This document shows, piece after piece, positions 25,955 through 38,124 of a stretch of 64,000 nucleotides of DNA; position 1 is the stretch's first letter; the number at the start of each line of letters is the position of its first letter. The stretch comes from Isurus oxyrinchus. Taxonomy: Eukaryota. The position numbers and the translations under genes are program-made. Location: positions 23,870,001 through 23,934,000 of the forward strand of contig JANJGN010000026.1 in the NCBI GenBank assembly GCA_026770705.1, written 5' to 3'. Under the pieces are notes generated by a model. The model ran no database searches, was not told the DNA's origin, and saw nothing but the letters and a program-made list of their open reading frames with translations.

Positions 25955-26948
25955 AGCGAGCACAAACATGGTTTGTAAAATGATAATAACTGAAAATATT
26001 GAAATAAATGCTCTCGTGTACCCTATTTCTTAACAAGCCCTTGGTAGAAACATTTGTTCAAGATTACAAACCGCCTGAGGAATTCGCTTGATCTCACATA
26101 TTTCACCGTGGGTTTTTTTCTGACTGGTATAACTGCCACCCTGCGGTATTTGTTTTCCAGCTCAAAAAATAAACTAGGTCATCAAAACCGTGTTGTCTCA
26201 GATGTAGGTAAAGGGAAGATGGGGGAGAGTAGATTAATGAGATAAATTATCGGAAAAGTGAAGGCGAACTGCTTTATATCGAGTCCAATGTTGTACACTG
26301 GGGACTAGAGAGCCTTCTGAGGGGCTGCGCTCAATAACTGTTCGTGAATTGGTGCACAGAATCTCTCATGTACTTACGCAGCGCCGCAAGGGCCGGTCCT
26401 GAGGCCACGTCGAGTTACTGACACCATTTTGACGACTGTTGGGTGAAAAACAGAAAAAGGCGTGGACAGGCCCACAAGTTGCTATGATTAATTTACAATT
26501 TCCATCAACAATTACAGAAATCAAAGGACGGCCCTGTCCATCCAGACTGCCCCGCAGCAAGAACTAAGTAAATTCGAATTGCAGTCAGTACTGCGATGTA
26601 CGAAATAGTCAAATTTGTTTCAGTGATGTGGTTTGAGGTTAAAATGCACGGAAGAGCTGGCCTGCTCTTTTGTACATTGAGGGGCGGGGTGTTTAAGGTC
26701 CTTCTCGGGGAGGGGGTGGGGATGGAGTTGCGGACGGAGCCTCTGGTTAATAGCTCATCCGAAAAATGGCGCCACGGACATTGCAGCGCTCCCTTCAGAC
26801 TGGCAGTAGAAGTGTCAGCCTGGGTTTTCTGCTCAGGTCTCTAAAGTGGGCCCTGAACACACACATTTCTGACAGGGAAATAGAGTAGTGAGATAGAACA
26901 GTTAGACTGAGCCGCACATAGCACTTACCCACAGTTCTACATCACTGG

Positions 26949-26987
26949 GGTTTTTGTACAGCGACAGATGAGTTTTAAACCAGTGTG
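26949..26987 (-). other. 23-RSS
   Basis: CACACTG-23bp-ACAAAAACC. Confidence 0.95.
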
Positions 26988-27440
26988 TTGCTCAGCGCGC
27001 AGAAATATACGGCGGTGTCCTGGATTTCCGCTCGAGTGATCGTTAAAGGAAACTTCTTTCCTTCGTTAGTCTGACCAGCCTCGAATTTTCCTTTGGCAAA
27101 ATCTGCATCTTCTTTACTTCTTTTATCTCGATACAAAATAAAATGCAGAGCCTGGTTTCTGTGCTGCCTGTACCAGTACAGATTGGGATTACCGTGACTT
27201 GTTCTGTAGCTTCAGTCTATTTTCTTGCTGTCTCCTTCAGCAATATATAATGTGGTCTGAGGTTGGGACACAGAATCGGCCTGGATCAGACCTGAAATAA
27301 AACGTAACGAAAAGCTGAATGCAATACTGAGTTTAAAAGTCGATTAACATCACATAACTGCAAACAGATAGCCAGATATGACTGCACCTACCGAACATCA
27401 GCCACAATATAATCAGATGACGATGCGGCATGAGCGTCAT
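26988..27440 (-). pseudogene. TCR alpha/delta V segment with a single nonsense codon (TGA at the first Cys)
   Basis: Leader MTLMPHRHLIILWLMF G|GTAGGT (27440-27392); 100-bp intron; exon from 27291 GLIQADSVSQPQ..KKID*SY..WYRQH..DTAVYFCALS; TGA at 27214-27212. Confidence 0.95.
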
Positions 27441-28159
27441 TATATCCTCAGTAACAGTCTCTTCGAATAGCAGATATATTTACTGTTGCAATCTGTTAAA
27501 TGACGAAACTGCTCTACAGAAAGCGATAACGGAAGGGGAGTAGGGGGCGGGGGCTGGAGGAAGTACCTCGTGTAATTCACCTCCAATAAAATGTAGCGAA
27601 AGAGCGAACTCGGTAATCGCATTTTGACACAAGTGTTAACTGGTCATATATAATTTCTCTACTTCCTCCTACACCGTCTAATCGCATTACTCAGAGTATC
27701 ACTCAGTAGGTGAAAGGAGGAGGGGGTAATGTTTGTGGGCTGCGGGGAACTATTCTGGACGGGGTTTGTGTTTGGCAATTCGCCTCTCCCTCCTCTCCTC
27801 AGACCTCTTTGTCAGAAAAGAAAAGAATGGGGTCATGTAAAGAACGATTGTACATTATCATGTTGCAAGAGGAAAATAGTGAACGAGAGAAACTCGGAAA
27901 GGGAATAACAGGACTGAAATAGATGGAAGAGGCACAAATAATGAGGGAAAGGGTGAATGATAGACACTGAGGAAGAAATCACACGATGATTGTCATAAGG
28001 GACAAGCTGCTTCTCCTAGTATTATTCGAGGTATTGTCCAGTTATGAGCCATGATGGCAAGGCCGGAACTAATTGCCCATCCCTCATTTCACAGAAGAAT
28101 GTTATGGTGAGCATTCTCCTCCAACGCCAGGGTGTATATGGTGAAAGGGCTCCTTCAGT

Positions 28160-28960
28160 TCAATTCTGGACAATATCCAGGTTGGGGCTGATAAGTGGCA
28201 AGTAACATTCGCACCACGCAATTGCCAGGCAATCAGCAGCTCCAACAAGGCAGAATCCAAGCATCGCCCCTCGACATTCAATGGCATTACCATCGCTGAA
28301 TCCCTCACTATCAAAATCCTCTGAGTTATCATTTGTCAGATGCAGAACTGGATTAGCCATTTAAATACTGTGGCTACAAGAGCAGGTCAGAGGCTCGGAA
28401 TCATGCGATGAATACCTCACATCCTGACTTCCCAAAATCTGTCCAACATCAATAAGACACAAGTAAGGAGTGTGATGGAATACTCCCCAATTGCCTGGAT
28501 GAGCCCAGCTTCCAAATCTCTGAAGAAGTTAGACACCATCCAGGACAAAGCGGCCCGCTTGATTGGCATCACATCCACAAACATTCACTCACTCCAGCAG
28601 AGACGCACAGTAGCAGCAGTATGTACCATCTACAAGATGCTCTGCAGGAACTCATCAAGGCCCCCTAGGCAGCGCCTTGAAAACTCACGACTGCTACCAT
28701 CTAGAAGGACAAGGGCAGCAAATAGATGGGAACACCACCACCTGGAAGTTTCCCTCCAAGATACTCACCATCCTGACTTGGAAATATATTGCTGTTCCTT
28801 TACTCGCGCTGGGACAAAACCCTGGAACTCCCTCCATAACGGCAAGGTGCACACACCTACACCACATGGACTGCAATGTTTCAAGAAGGCAGCTCACCAC
28901 CACTTTCTCAAGGGTAACTAGCGATGGATAATGAATTCTGGCCTCGCCAGCATCCTGTAA
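28160..28960 (+). mobile_element. CR1/HER1-like LINE 3' fragment
   Basis: ORF 28472: MEYSPIAWMS..LDTIQDKAARLI..HSLQQRRTVAAVCTIYKM. Confidence 0.9.
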
Positions 28961-29359
28961 AATTACAATTTAGCGTCACACAAGATAATACAAGAAAGCA
29001 AATTACAGCCTAGCAGAAGATAATGGAACTGATGTGCGAAACATTGCTGTCCGAAATAGTGATCGCCCTCCCACCCGGGAGAGGGTGAGATATCCAAGAA
29101 TATTGTAACTAAAGTGAAGCTCAGCTTCCTGTGTCGGATGCTATCGACTTGTATAATTCAACTGTCGGAAGATTCAAAACAAGAGAGCCCCTAGTGAAGG
29201 TATCGCTGTCGTGTATCAAACTGAGCCCAATGCCGGTTACACTGTGTTTCCCGGACTATGGGCCCTGGGACTGGTGATCACAAAGAGAATTGTTGAGGGA
29301 GCTTCAGCATTGATGGCGTGTGAGGGAGAGGGGTGCGCATGCGTCAGAGTATCCGCTCG

Positions 29360-29465
29360 TGTGACATTATTCTGCGGTCTGTGTGACATCACCTTGTAAA
29401 CTCTGTGACGTCACCCGACAGTCAGTGTGACGTAAGGTAGTCTCGATGGAGGATTATAAACATCT
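29360..29465 (+). promoter_or_regulatory. CRE/ATF motif cluster with TATA-like box
   Basis: tgacatca, TGACGTCA (29405-29412), tgacgtaa, then tataaa; paralog at 48265-48345. Confidence 0.55.
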
Positions 29466-30967
29466 TCCCCGGAGCTGAGTTGAATATCGAGCCCTGAGTT
29501 TAAGGTAAATAACAGCTGATAAGAAGCAGGAAGGACGGTTTAACCTGTAGATTCATTTGTTGATTGATCCATCGGACGGATCTGAATCTGTAGTTGCTTT
29601 CTTGGTAGCTGTTGGAAACAGTTGGGTGACAGGTTGATCCGTGGTCAATGTGAATTCCTCTCGGTTTGTGTTTGAGCGGCTGATAGCGCCGCTGAACATT
29701 GTGGCTACACCTGCCCGAGTTCCAATACAAACTCCAACAGGCAAGAGCTCCTAGACACAGCCCAAATTACGGAGATGAGACTGATTTTCATCATAAACTC
29801 CGGCAGAGTCCTGCTTCTGACCAACTCTCCCGAGTCCACTTTCTCCGCTCAAAGACAGAGGTGGGACTGCCGGAACGGTGTTGTTGCTATGTTTTTGCCT
29901 CACCGATTGCTTGAAATCATGTGTAAGGTTGTCCCTGAGAATACAACCCGTTCGGAACCAGCCAGTGCCAGAATAAAACGCAATTCACCCCATGTAATAT
30001 AATAGGCGGTACGTAAAGCAGTCACTTTTCTTCCGTTTAAGCATTTATGGACAGTAGCTGAATGATAAAATTTCCATGACTCAGATCTGAAATGCATGCG
30101 CACACAGGAAGTTCCCTAAATGCAGGGTGTTTGAAATTCGGATTGAAACCTTGATTCGGAAATGAGACGAATGGTGTTTATTGCATAATTACCTGTCCGA
30201 AATGCCTCACCCCTTCCGTTTCCCCTCCACCACCCGCCCCACCACCCCCCCCCCCCCCCGCACCCCCACGCAACCCCATTTCAACCCAGATGCTGGGTGG
30301 ATGCATTATCTCTGTCTGCCCTGTAAATGGAAATTGAGATTTCAAGAAACTCGTTTTAATCTGCATCATCAAGTATCTTCTGAGGTGTCTCAGGATCATC
30401 TCACCTCAATTCCTTGTGTCCCCAGTGATGCTTCAAGAACTGTAGGTGGGAACCGGCTGCCAGTGAATGGAAACAACTCGAACTGAGCTATAGACAGTGA
30501 CCCTATAAGAGGAACGGTTATGTAGTTAGGGATAGGGGTGGGACTGGATTCCTTACTAAAAGGCAGAAGCACTGGTTTGTTAATGGTGTCAGAAAAAATT
30601 TAACAGGCACTCGAAAGGAGAATGGACATTGAGGGAACTGTGTGCTCGGGACTTGTTTAAAAGAGTGAAATCACAACCTGGTGAAATACCTTCATTTTCT
30701 ATAAATTGTTTCTGAACCAGCGAAATACCCTGATCAAATGGACACCATGTAGAAGCTTTGACAAAGGGACCTAGAAGGAAAGAGTGAAGATGGGGAAAGG
30801 GCTATATCAGAGTTCAGACAGGCAAGAAAGGTCATCGACAGGCTAAATATGAGTTAACGTATTGCAAATTTATTTGTGGAATTCATTTTTAGTATAGTTG
30901 CAAGTCAAAGTCAACCATTATAATTCCTCAGTTGCTGCTCACCCGTTCTTCTTCAGCGTTGTTCTTG

Positions 30968-31328
30968 TTTTGTGCCGTTTTCTGTCTATACCATTGCATG
31001 CAGTCAATATCCAGGGTTTTATATTCACAATGTAACTGCACTGAACCCCCAGCTAATACGGTTGCTGTCAGCGGAGACTGAGTCACTGGATCTGCAAATA
31101 ATCTGCCTGTGGAGGTATAGGAATTAAAGAGCACAAGGTTAAATCTAAACCTGCGTCTATCTGTATGTGCAAATTCCCACCTGCCAAACTGTCTATAATA
31201 TGTATGCATCTGATCACTGACCGCATTAAATCCTGGTGCAAACTCTTTGCATCAATCTGCTAACCTGCCTTGATGAACATAATCCAGTACTTAATGTCCA
31301 GCAGTGCGGCCAGTATTATCAGAAACAT
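30968..31328 (-). pseudogene. 3'-truncated TCR V pseudogene (MFLIIL family)
   Basis: Leader MFLIILAALLD with donor GT mutated to TT (31294); DPVTQSP..LHCEY..MQWYRQKTAQ then breaks; no RSS. Confidence 0.9.
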
Positions 31329-31467
31329 GTCTAAGTGAATCTCCCTCAGTGGATGTCGGTGAAATGAGCCAGGGGTTGAGAAGGAGAGAGGAAGATCGTT
31401 CCACCCATTGCAGGGGGCCAGGCCCATTGTGAACTTACTGAGGGCTACCAGCCTCATTGTCTCCGGT

Positions 31468-34361
31468 ACAAAAGCAAAAATACCGGAAAAAACTCAGCAA
31501 GTCTGGTAGCATCTGCGGAGAGGAACAGTTAACATTTCGAGTCCGAATGACCCTTCAACAGAACTAAGTAAAAATAGAAGAGAGGTGAAATATACGCTGG
31601 TTTAAGGTGGGGGGGGGGGAGGGGGGGAGGGGGGGAGGAGGGGGGGGGGGGTGACAAGTAGAGCCAATGGAGATTACCAAAAGATGCAAACAGGCAAAAG
31701 GACATAAAGGTGTTGAAGGTGGTGATATTATCTAAGGAATGTGCTAATTAAGGGTAGAAAGCAGGACAAGCAAGGCACAGATAGCCTTAATGGGGGTGGG
31801 GTGGGGTGAAGGAATCGAAAAATGCTAAAAGGTAGAGATAAAACAATAGATGGAAATACATTTAAAAATAATGGAAATAGGTGGGAAAAGAAAAATCAAT
31901 ATACATTATTGGAAAAAAAGGGGGGATCAGAAAGGGGGTGGGGATGGAGGAGAGAGTTCATGATCTCAAATTGTGAACTCAGTATTCAGTCTGGAAGGCT
32001 GTAAAGTGCCTAGTCGGAAGTTGGGGTGCTGTTCCTCCAGTTTGTGTTGAGCTTCACTGGAAGAATGTAGCAGGCCAAGAACAGACATGTGGGCATGAGA
32101 GCAGGTTGGAGTGTTGAAATGAAAAGCGACTGGGCGGTCAGGGTAATGCTTGCGGACAGTCTGAAGGTGTTCTGCAGAGTGGTGACCCAGTCTGGGTTTG
32201 GTCTCTCCAATGTAGAGGAAACCATATTGGGAAGAACGAATGCAGTAGTTTAAATTGAGGGAAGTGCAAGTGAAATGCTGCTTCAATTGAAAGGAATGTT
32301 TGGTCCTTTAGACAGTGAGGAGAGGGGAAGTGATGGGCCAGGTGCTGTACCTTCTGAGGTTGAATGGGAAGGTTCTGTGGGAGGGGGTTGAGGTGCAGGG
32401 GTGATGGAGGAGTGGACCAGGGTGTCCCGGAATGAAGGATGCCTGTGGAATGTCGCCAGGGAAGGTGAAGGGAAGATGTGTTTGGTGGTGGCATCATCCT
32501 GGAGTTGGCAGAAATGGCGGAGGATGATCCTTTGAATGCAGAGGCTGGTGGGGTGATCATTGAGGACAAGGGGGACCCTATCATGTTTCTGGGAGGGAGA
32601 GGAAGTTGTGAGGATGGATGCGTGGGAGATGGGCCGGACATGGTTGAGGGCCCTGTCAAACATCGTGGGTGGAAAACCCCGGTTAAGGAAGAAGGAAGAC
32701 ATGTTAGGGCAACTCTTTTGGAAAGTGGCATCATCAGAACAGATGCGTTGGAGCGAAGGAACTAGGAGAATGGGATAGAGTCCTTAAAGGAAGTGGGGTA
32801 TGAGGAGCTGTAGTCAATGTAGCTGTGGGAGTTGGTAGGCTTGTAATGGATATTGGTGGACAGTGTAGCACCAGAAATTGAGACAGAGAGTTCAAGGAAG
32901 TGAAGGGAAGTGTCAGAGATGGACCATGTGAAAATGATCGAGGGGTGGAAATTGGAATCAAAATTAATAAATTTTTCCAGGCCCAGACGAGAGCATGAAG
33001 CAGCACCGAAGTAATCATCAATGTACCAGAGAAAGAGTTGTGGGAGGGGGCCGGAGTAGGACTGGAACAAGGAATGTTCCACATACCACATAAAGACATA
33101 GGCATTGCTGGGGCACATGCGGGTACCTATAGCCACAACTTTTATTTGGAGGAAGTGAGAGGAGTTTAAGGAGAATTGTTCAGTGTGAGAACAAATTCAG
33201 CCAGACGGAGGAGAGTAGTGGTGGATGGGAATTGTTATGGGAATGGCCTCTGTTCGAAGAAGAAATGGAAAGCCATCAGACCATCCCAGTGGGGGATGGA
33301 GGTCTAGAGGGATTGGACGTCCATGGTGAAGAGGAGGCGGTTGGGGCCAGGGAACTGGAAATTGTTGATAGATGTAGGGTGTCAGAGGAATCACGGATGT
33401 AAGTAGGAAGCGACTGGACAAGGGGAGAGAGAATGGAGTCAAAATAACAAGAAATGAGTTCTGTGGGGCAGGAACAGGCTGACATGATTGGTCTGCCGGG
33501 AGGTAGAAGCGGGCTGTCCGAGGTTTCGAGACTATCAGGATGGAAGCTGCGGAAGGAAGATCTCCAGAGGAGACAAGGTCAGTAACAGTCCTGGAAACAA
33601 TGGCTTGATTTTCAGCGGTGGCGTCATCGTCCAGGGAGAGGTAGGAGGAAGTGACTGCGAGTTGACGCTCAGCCTCTGCGAGGTGGAGGTCAGTGCGCCA
33701 GAAAACAACAGCACCACCCTTGTCAGCGGGTGTGATGACAATGTTGGGGTTGGACCTGAGAGAACGGAGTGCAGCAAGTTCATAGAGAGACAGGTTAGAG
33801 TGGGTCAGAGGAGAAGAGAAATTGAGACGACTAATGTCACGCGGACAGTTCTCAATTAAAAGATCAAGAGAAGGTAATAATCCAGAGGGAGAGGTCCAGG
33901 TGGAGGGAAAATATTGGAGGCGGGTAAAAGGTTCCGTTGAACGGGCGAGGACTCCTGCCCAAAGAAGTGAGCACGGAGACGAAGGCGGCGGAACAAGAGT
34001 TCAGCATCGTCCCGAGCCCGAAATTCATTGAGATGAGGGCGTAAGGGTATGAAACTCGGTCCTTTGCTGGGCACTGAACGTCCAGCGTCGGAGAGGGAAG
34101 GTCAGGGGGTATGGTGAATACACGGCCGGGGCTGGGATTGGAAGACGGGATGGGGACAGAGGGACAGGCAGGGCTGGAGGATCCTGGATGGGTGTTGGTG
34201 TCAATGAGTTGTTGGAACTTGCGATCCTTTGCACCTGAAGGAAAGAGATACAGTTTCTTGTTGAGGCGTCTAATGAAATGAAGAATAAAATGAAACTGGG
34301 GACACGCGCAGCTTCCAAAAAGGGTGCCGCGGTGCTGCTGAATGGAGAGGTCATGTATGAG
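31468..34361 (-). mobile_element. Penelope-like retroelement (RT + GIY-YIG endonuclease), frameshifted and truncated
   Basis: RT motifs AIGTRMCPS..YIDD (32762-33136); GIY-YIG YCIRSSQYGFLYIGETK..HF (31966-32286); flanked by tgtctccggt / tggctccggt. Confidence 0.93.
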
Positions 34362-35466
34362 TGGCTCCGGTGTTGCTCACACGTGACTTACTCTTCAACA
34401 TGCATGAACCTGGCGCCCTCTGCTGGCGGAATCTGTTCGATTCGGATTCGAATTGGACCTTTGGTTGGATGTCGGATTTATTGGTATACATATTGAAGCA
34501 GGCATGTCAGATATTATTTCCCAGGAATTTAAATTGGAGCTGATCAGACTCATGCTTTTTTAAAATGTTTATGGTAGAGAATAATGCAATTCTTTCTATA
34601 TTACTGTTTAAAAATCAGAGAAACACTATTTAGATAGGATGACAAGATATTAGATATTAGACATTAGAAGAAATACACGAGGCAGGTACCAAGTGTGGCG
34701 GCCTTAAATGTAAACAGACAAGGAAAACTGGCGTTATTATTTTATCAAAGAATTTAAAGGAGATACTTAATTGAAACGCTCTAAAAGATATGAGATCTGA
34801 TGTAATAAATCACGGAAGATTGCACCCAGTGGCAGAAAATTCGATAACCCATACACCCCATTTTCAGAGATGAAAAGATATGACAAAGGTGAAATTCAAT
34901 TATTACACCGTGTTAAAATCTGAAATGCACGACCCAAAGGATGGAAGAAGAACATTCAATCGTAACCTTCAAATAGAAATTGTTTGTAAGTTGAAAATCA
35001 GAAAACTTGCCCCTCATGCGAAAATTGCAAGAATTGAAGGTGATTTTGATAACTCTTCCAAACACACACCGGGATGGTATGGCAAATAGTCTAATTCAGT
35101 GGATTACAATTCTATAATTCAAGATTCTTCATGCCTCTTCTGCTCTATTTGTTCTCTGTCACTTGAACCGTGAGCAGGTGCAGGATTGTCACAAACTTGT
35201 GAAGTTGCAACCGTCATTATTTCTGCTCCCTCAGTTCCGGGTGCAACTGAGAGTCACATACACTTTACTAAATATTGAATCGGTGGTATCCACGCCCACA
35301 GCTTCCGTTTGCTGCTCTCACTCTGACGCGATTGTGTTACTGGAGTGATTGCTGCCGCTGGTCTCTTCTTCTCATTGTTTGGGTCAGCAGTGCAGTGGGA
35401 TGGGGGTTTATATTTCTGCTTTGACAGAGGATTTTTTGCACGGTAGTTACAGACTCAGGACCTATC

Positions 35467-36022
35467 AGGGGGAACAATTTCAGGCCGCTCATCATTGTTA
35501 TATCATTTCTCAGTAAGCATCTCCTTCCCGGTAAAATCCACTGTCCTCCTGACTGCTCTGATGCAGATGTTATTGTTGTTAAAATAATAGGGATAGCCGT
35601 GATGATGATTATGTTCATCAACATGAAACTGATGCTGATAATTGTTTTTACTTATCTTTAATGTTAGAATGGGACCACCAGGACACAGTAGAACAGCCGG
35701 TTCAAGAAACAATGGATGAAGAGGAAATTAATCCTGCACAAACTTGTATTTTGAAAGCAAGCATTCGCAGATTTTATATGTACTGGCATAATGAGCATCC
35801 CAGGCAGAATCCAGAGTGTGCGCTTCATCATATTGGAGATAATGTGTACGGGAGCACCAATATCATTGATCGGTTTTCTTCTACGCTTAATAAAACTGCC
35901 AAGATCGCATTTCTAACGATCGGCAACTCACTGAATTCGAACTCCACCGTGTACTTCTGAGAGTCTTCTGTGCCATGAGCCCAACACTGCTACAGAGAGA
36001 TAGCGAATCCAAGACAAAAACT
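35467..36022 (+). pseudogene. TCR V pseudogene, inverted paralog of 43738-44236
   Basis: Start ATG changed to AGG (35467); donor 35513; exon from 35668 DTVEQP..C..YMYW..STVYF* (35958-35960, caused by a short insertion); RSS AACACTG-24bp-ACAAAAACT. Confidence 0.92.
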
Positions 36023-37037
36023 CACATAGTTTTTCAATTAGCGCTCAGCAGAGGGCGCTCTCACACCCACAAAAAAGAAGGAATCATTCAACTTTGAATT
36101 TGAGGTCACGCGGACCTTTTTAAAAGATCATAAAACATGTAACATTCAACAAGAACAGCTGAATAGATTAGTTTGCCTTTAAAATTTGAATTTATAACAA
36201 AAACTATCTTTGTAAATGGCAATGTAATGCATCAATCCCGCTTATCTTTTTCGACGCATTTCCCTGCTGACTTGTTTCTTATCATCCCGTCTCCATTCGG
36301 TAAAAAATATGTGCAGTTTCTTCTCTCAGTCTTTAATTTATGGAGATTGTCCTTTGCTACTTCTCTGAGTATTAATTCACAACCACTCCAATCCGGATGC
36401 CTGTAGATTCAGCCCTGGATTCAAGAACGGTTATTCATGAAACTTTTGCCTATTATTGAATAATATAATAATCTTGATACTCCTGTCTCGAACCTACTCG
36501 TCCCCAGTATGGAATGGATATGAAAGTTCCGCAACCCTTCTCGAGAGACAGCGTTATATATTTTTCGAAGGGGACATTACTACTGGATTCATTTCTTTGC
36601 AGATGAATCCGAAGCTATGATATCACTGCCTGCTATAAACCCGCCCATATCAGCGTCCACTGCAGTCGTCAGTATGACGCTCCTTTCTTGCCCTTTATTA
36701 TTGGAGAGTTTGCTGCCTTTGTTCTCTGTTTGTAATTGATTGGATGTGGGCGGCCCCGTGTTAGCTCAGAGACAATGTGAGCCGATGTCACTGTGAAGTA
36801 GTGAATGTAGGTGGCCAGAACATGTGTTCAGAGACTGTGAACCGGTGTTCGTGTGAATCCTGAGGCGGTAAACCCCAAAGCTCGTCTTCTTTCGTCAGTT
36901 CGCCAGAAAGGCTCCACTGAGTTTGATCTGAAGCAGGTGCTTCTCTTCTTGTTAAACCTTCTGAATATAATATCCATTTCCTGGTTCGAACCTGATTGCC
37001 ATGGACAATTTCTTCAGACAGTATTTCATGTGATCTG

Positions 37038-37373
37038 ATGATGCTCCGGATTTACAGAGTCTGTTTGCTATTATCCATTCTGATCTACACTGAAGTGACC
37101 AGTGAAGATGAGGAGACGCAGCTCCCAGTGCGGAAGGTTGTTAGTGAAGCGCAAATCGTATCCATGAACTGCACCATCACAACAGTGATGAACACGGTGC
37201 ATTGGTACAGGCAGATCCCCAGTCAGTCACCCCAACATCTAGTGATGGCCACAAGAGGAACTGAGCAACATGGCAGGATCACTGCTTCAATCGGGGGAGA
37301 CAATAAACTCAGTATCCTGACTGTGAGAGACGCTGGGGTTACAGACACGGCCACCTATCTCTGCACCGTAAGC
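37038..37373 (+). CDS. TCR alpha/delta V segment with a contiguous signal-peptide-like N-terminus
   Basis: MMLRIYRVCLLLSILIYTEVTS-EDEETQLP..MNCTIT..WYRQIP..DTATYLCTVS in one open frame. Confidence 0.9.
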
Positions 37374-37412
37374 CACAGTGTAGCAAGTAGACTGAGAGCT
37401 CGTACAGAAACC
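37374..37412 (+). other. 23-RSS
   Basis: CACAGTG-23bp-ACAGAAACC. Confidence 0.97.
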
Positions 37413-38124
37413 TGCACAACATGGGAACTCTGCTCTATCGTGTTTCCATGATCGGCTTGTGAGTGATGTGGTATAAATAATACCAGGGCCGTGTGTATGT
37501 GTGTGTGTGTCGGGGGTGAGGTGTAGCTTGAGTGGCGCTGAGCGAAAAAGCAAGAAAATATAATATATAAAGGTTTATAGATGATCAGAAATGCAAGGTG
37601 TTCGAAACACAGACGCAGAGAAAGGAAGAGCAAACACTCAAGCCAGAATGAGTGAACAGCAAAGGCAAGGTGAATAGGTACAGGAATCATTAGTGAAAAG
37701 GTCCTAAAATGACATAAGCATGAAAAAATAAATGAAAGAAAGTGGAGAATAACGAGCGAGTACAGAGTTTAAAGATTAAATGAAGTCATAAACGTGAAGA
37801 ATCCCAAATAAAGTAGAATTCCTTTTCTTTTAACGACAATCATATTTTCTTGCTAGTTGCAAAGCTGAATTTTCTGAAAATGTTGTCTAAAAACTTGTCA
37901 TTGAATGCTGCCACACGGATACATTTGCACTTTTCTCTTTGTTCTAATGGTGAAATATTCTAAAGGATTCCGCTAGGGGGCGCCGTGATTACATGTTATC
38001 GACTGGGCACTCAAGAGACAGAACTGACTGTTACCCTGCACAAGCAGCCCTTCCCATAGGTTTCCTTCGCTTTTATTCGTTTTGACCCTCATTGCCTGCT
38101 CTGCGGTAGTGGGTACATTTAATG

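Larger units (their letters stand above)
28160..30965 (+). repeat. Segmental duplication, direct copy of about 47060-49845
   Basis: Continuous visible similarity across the LINE end and about 1.9 kb of flanking sequence. Confidence 0.9.

Noticed and set aside
27212-27214. Selenocysteine at the first Cys (TGA also at 45965)
   Set aside because: TGY to TGA is a single substitution, the other example is a multiply broken pseudogene, and there is no SECIS evidence
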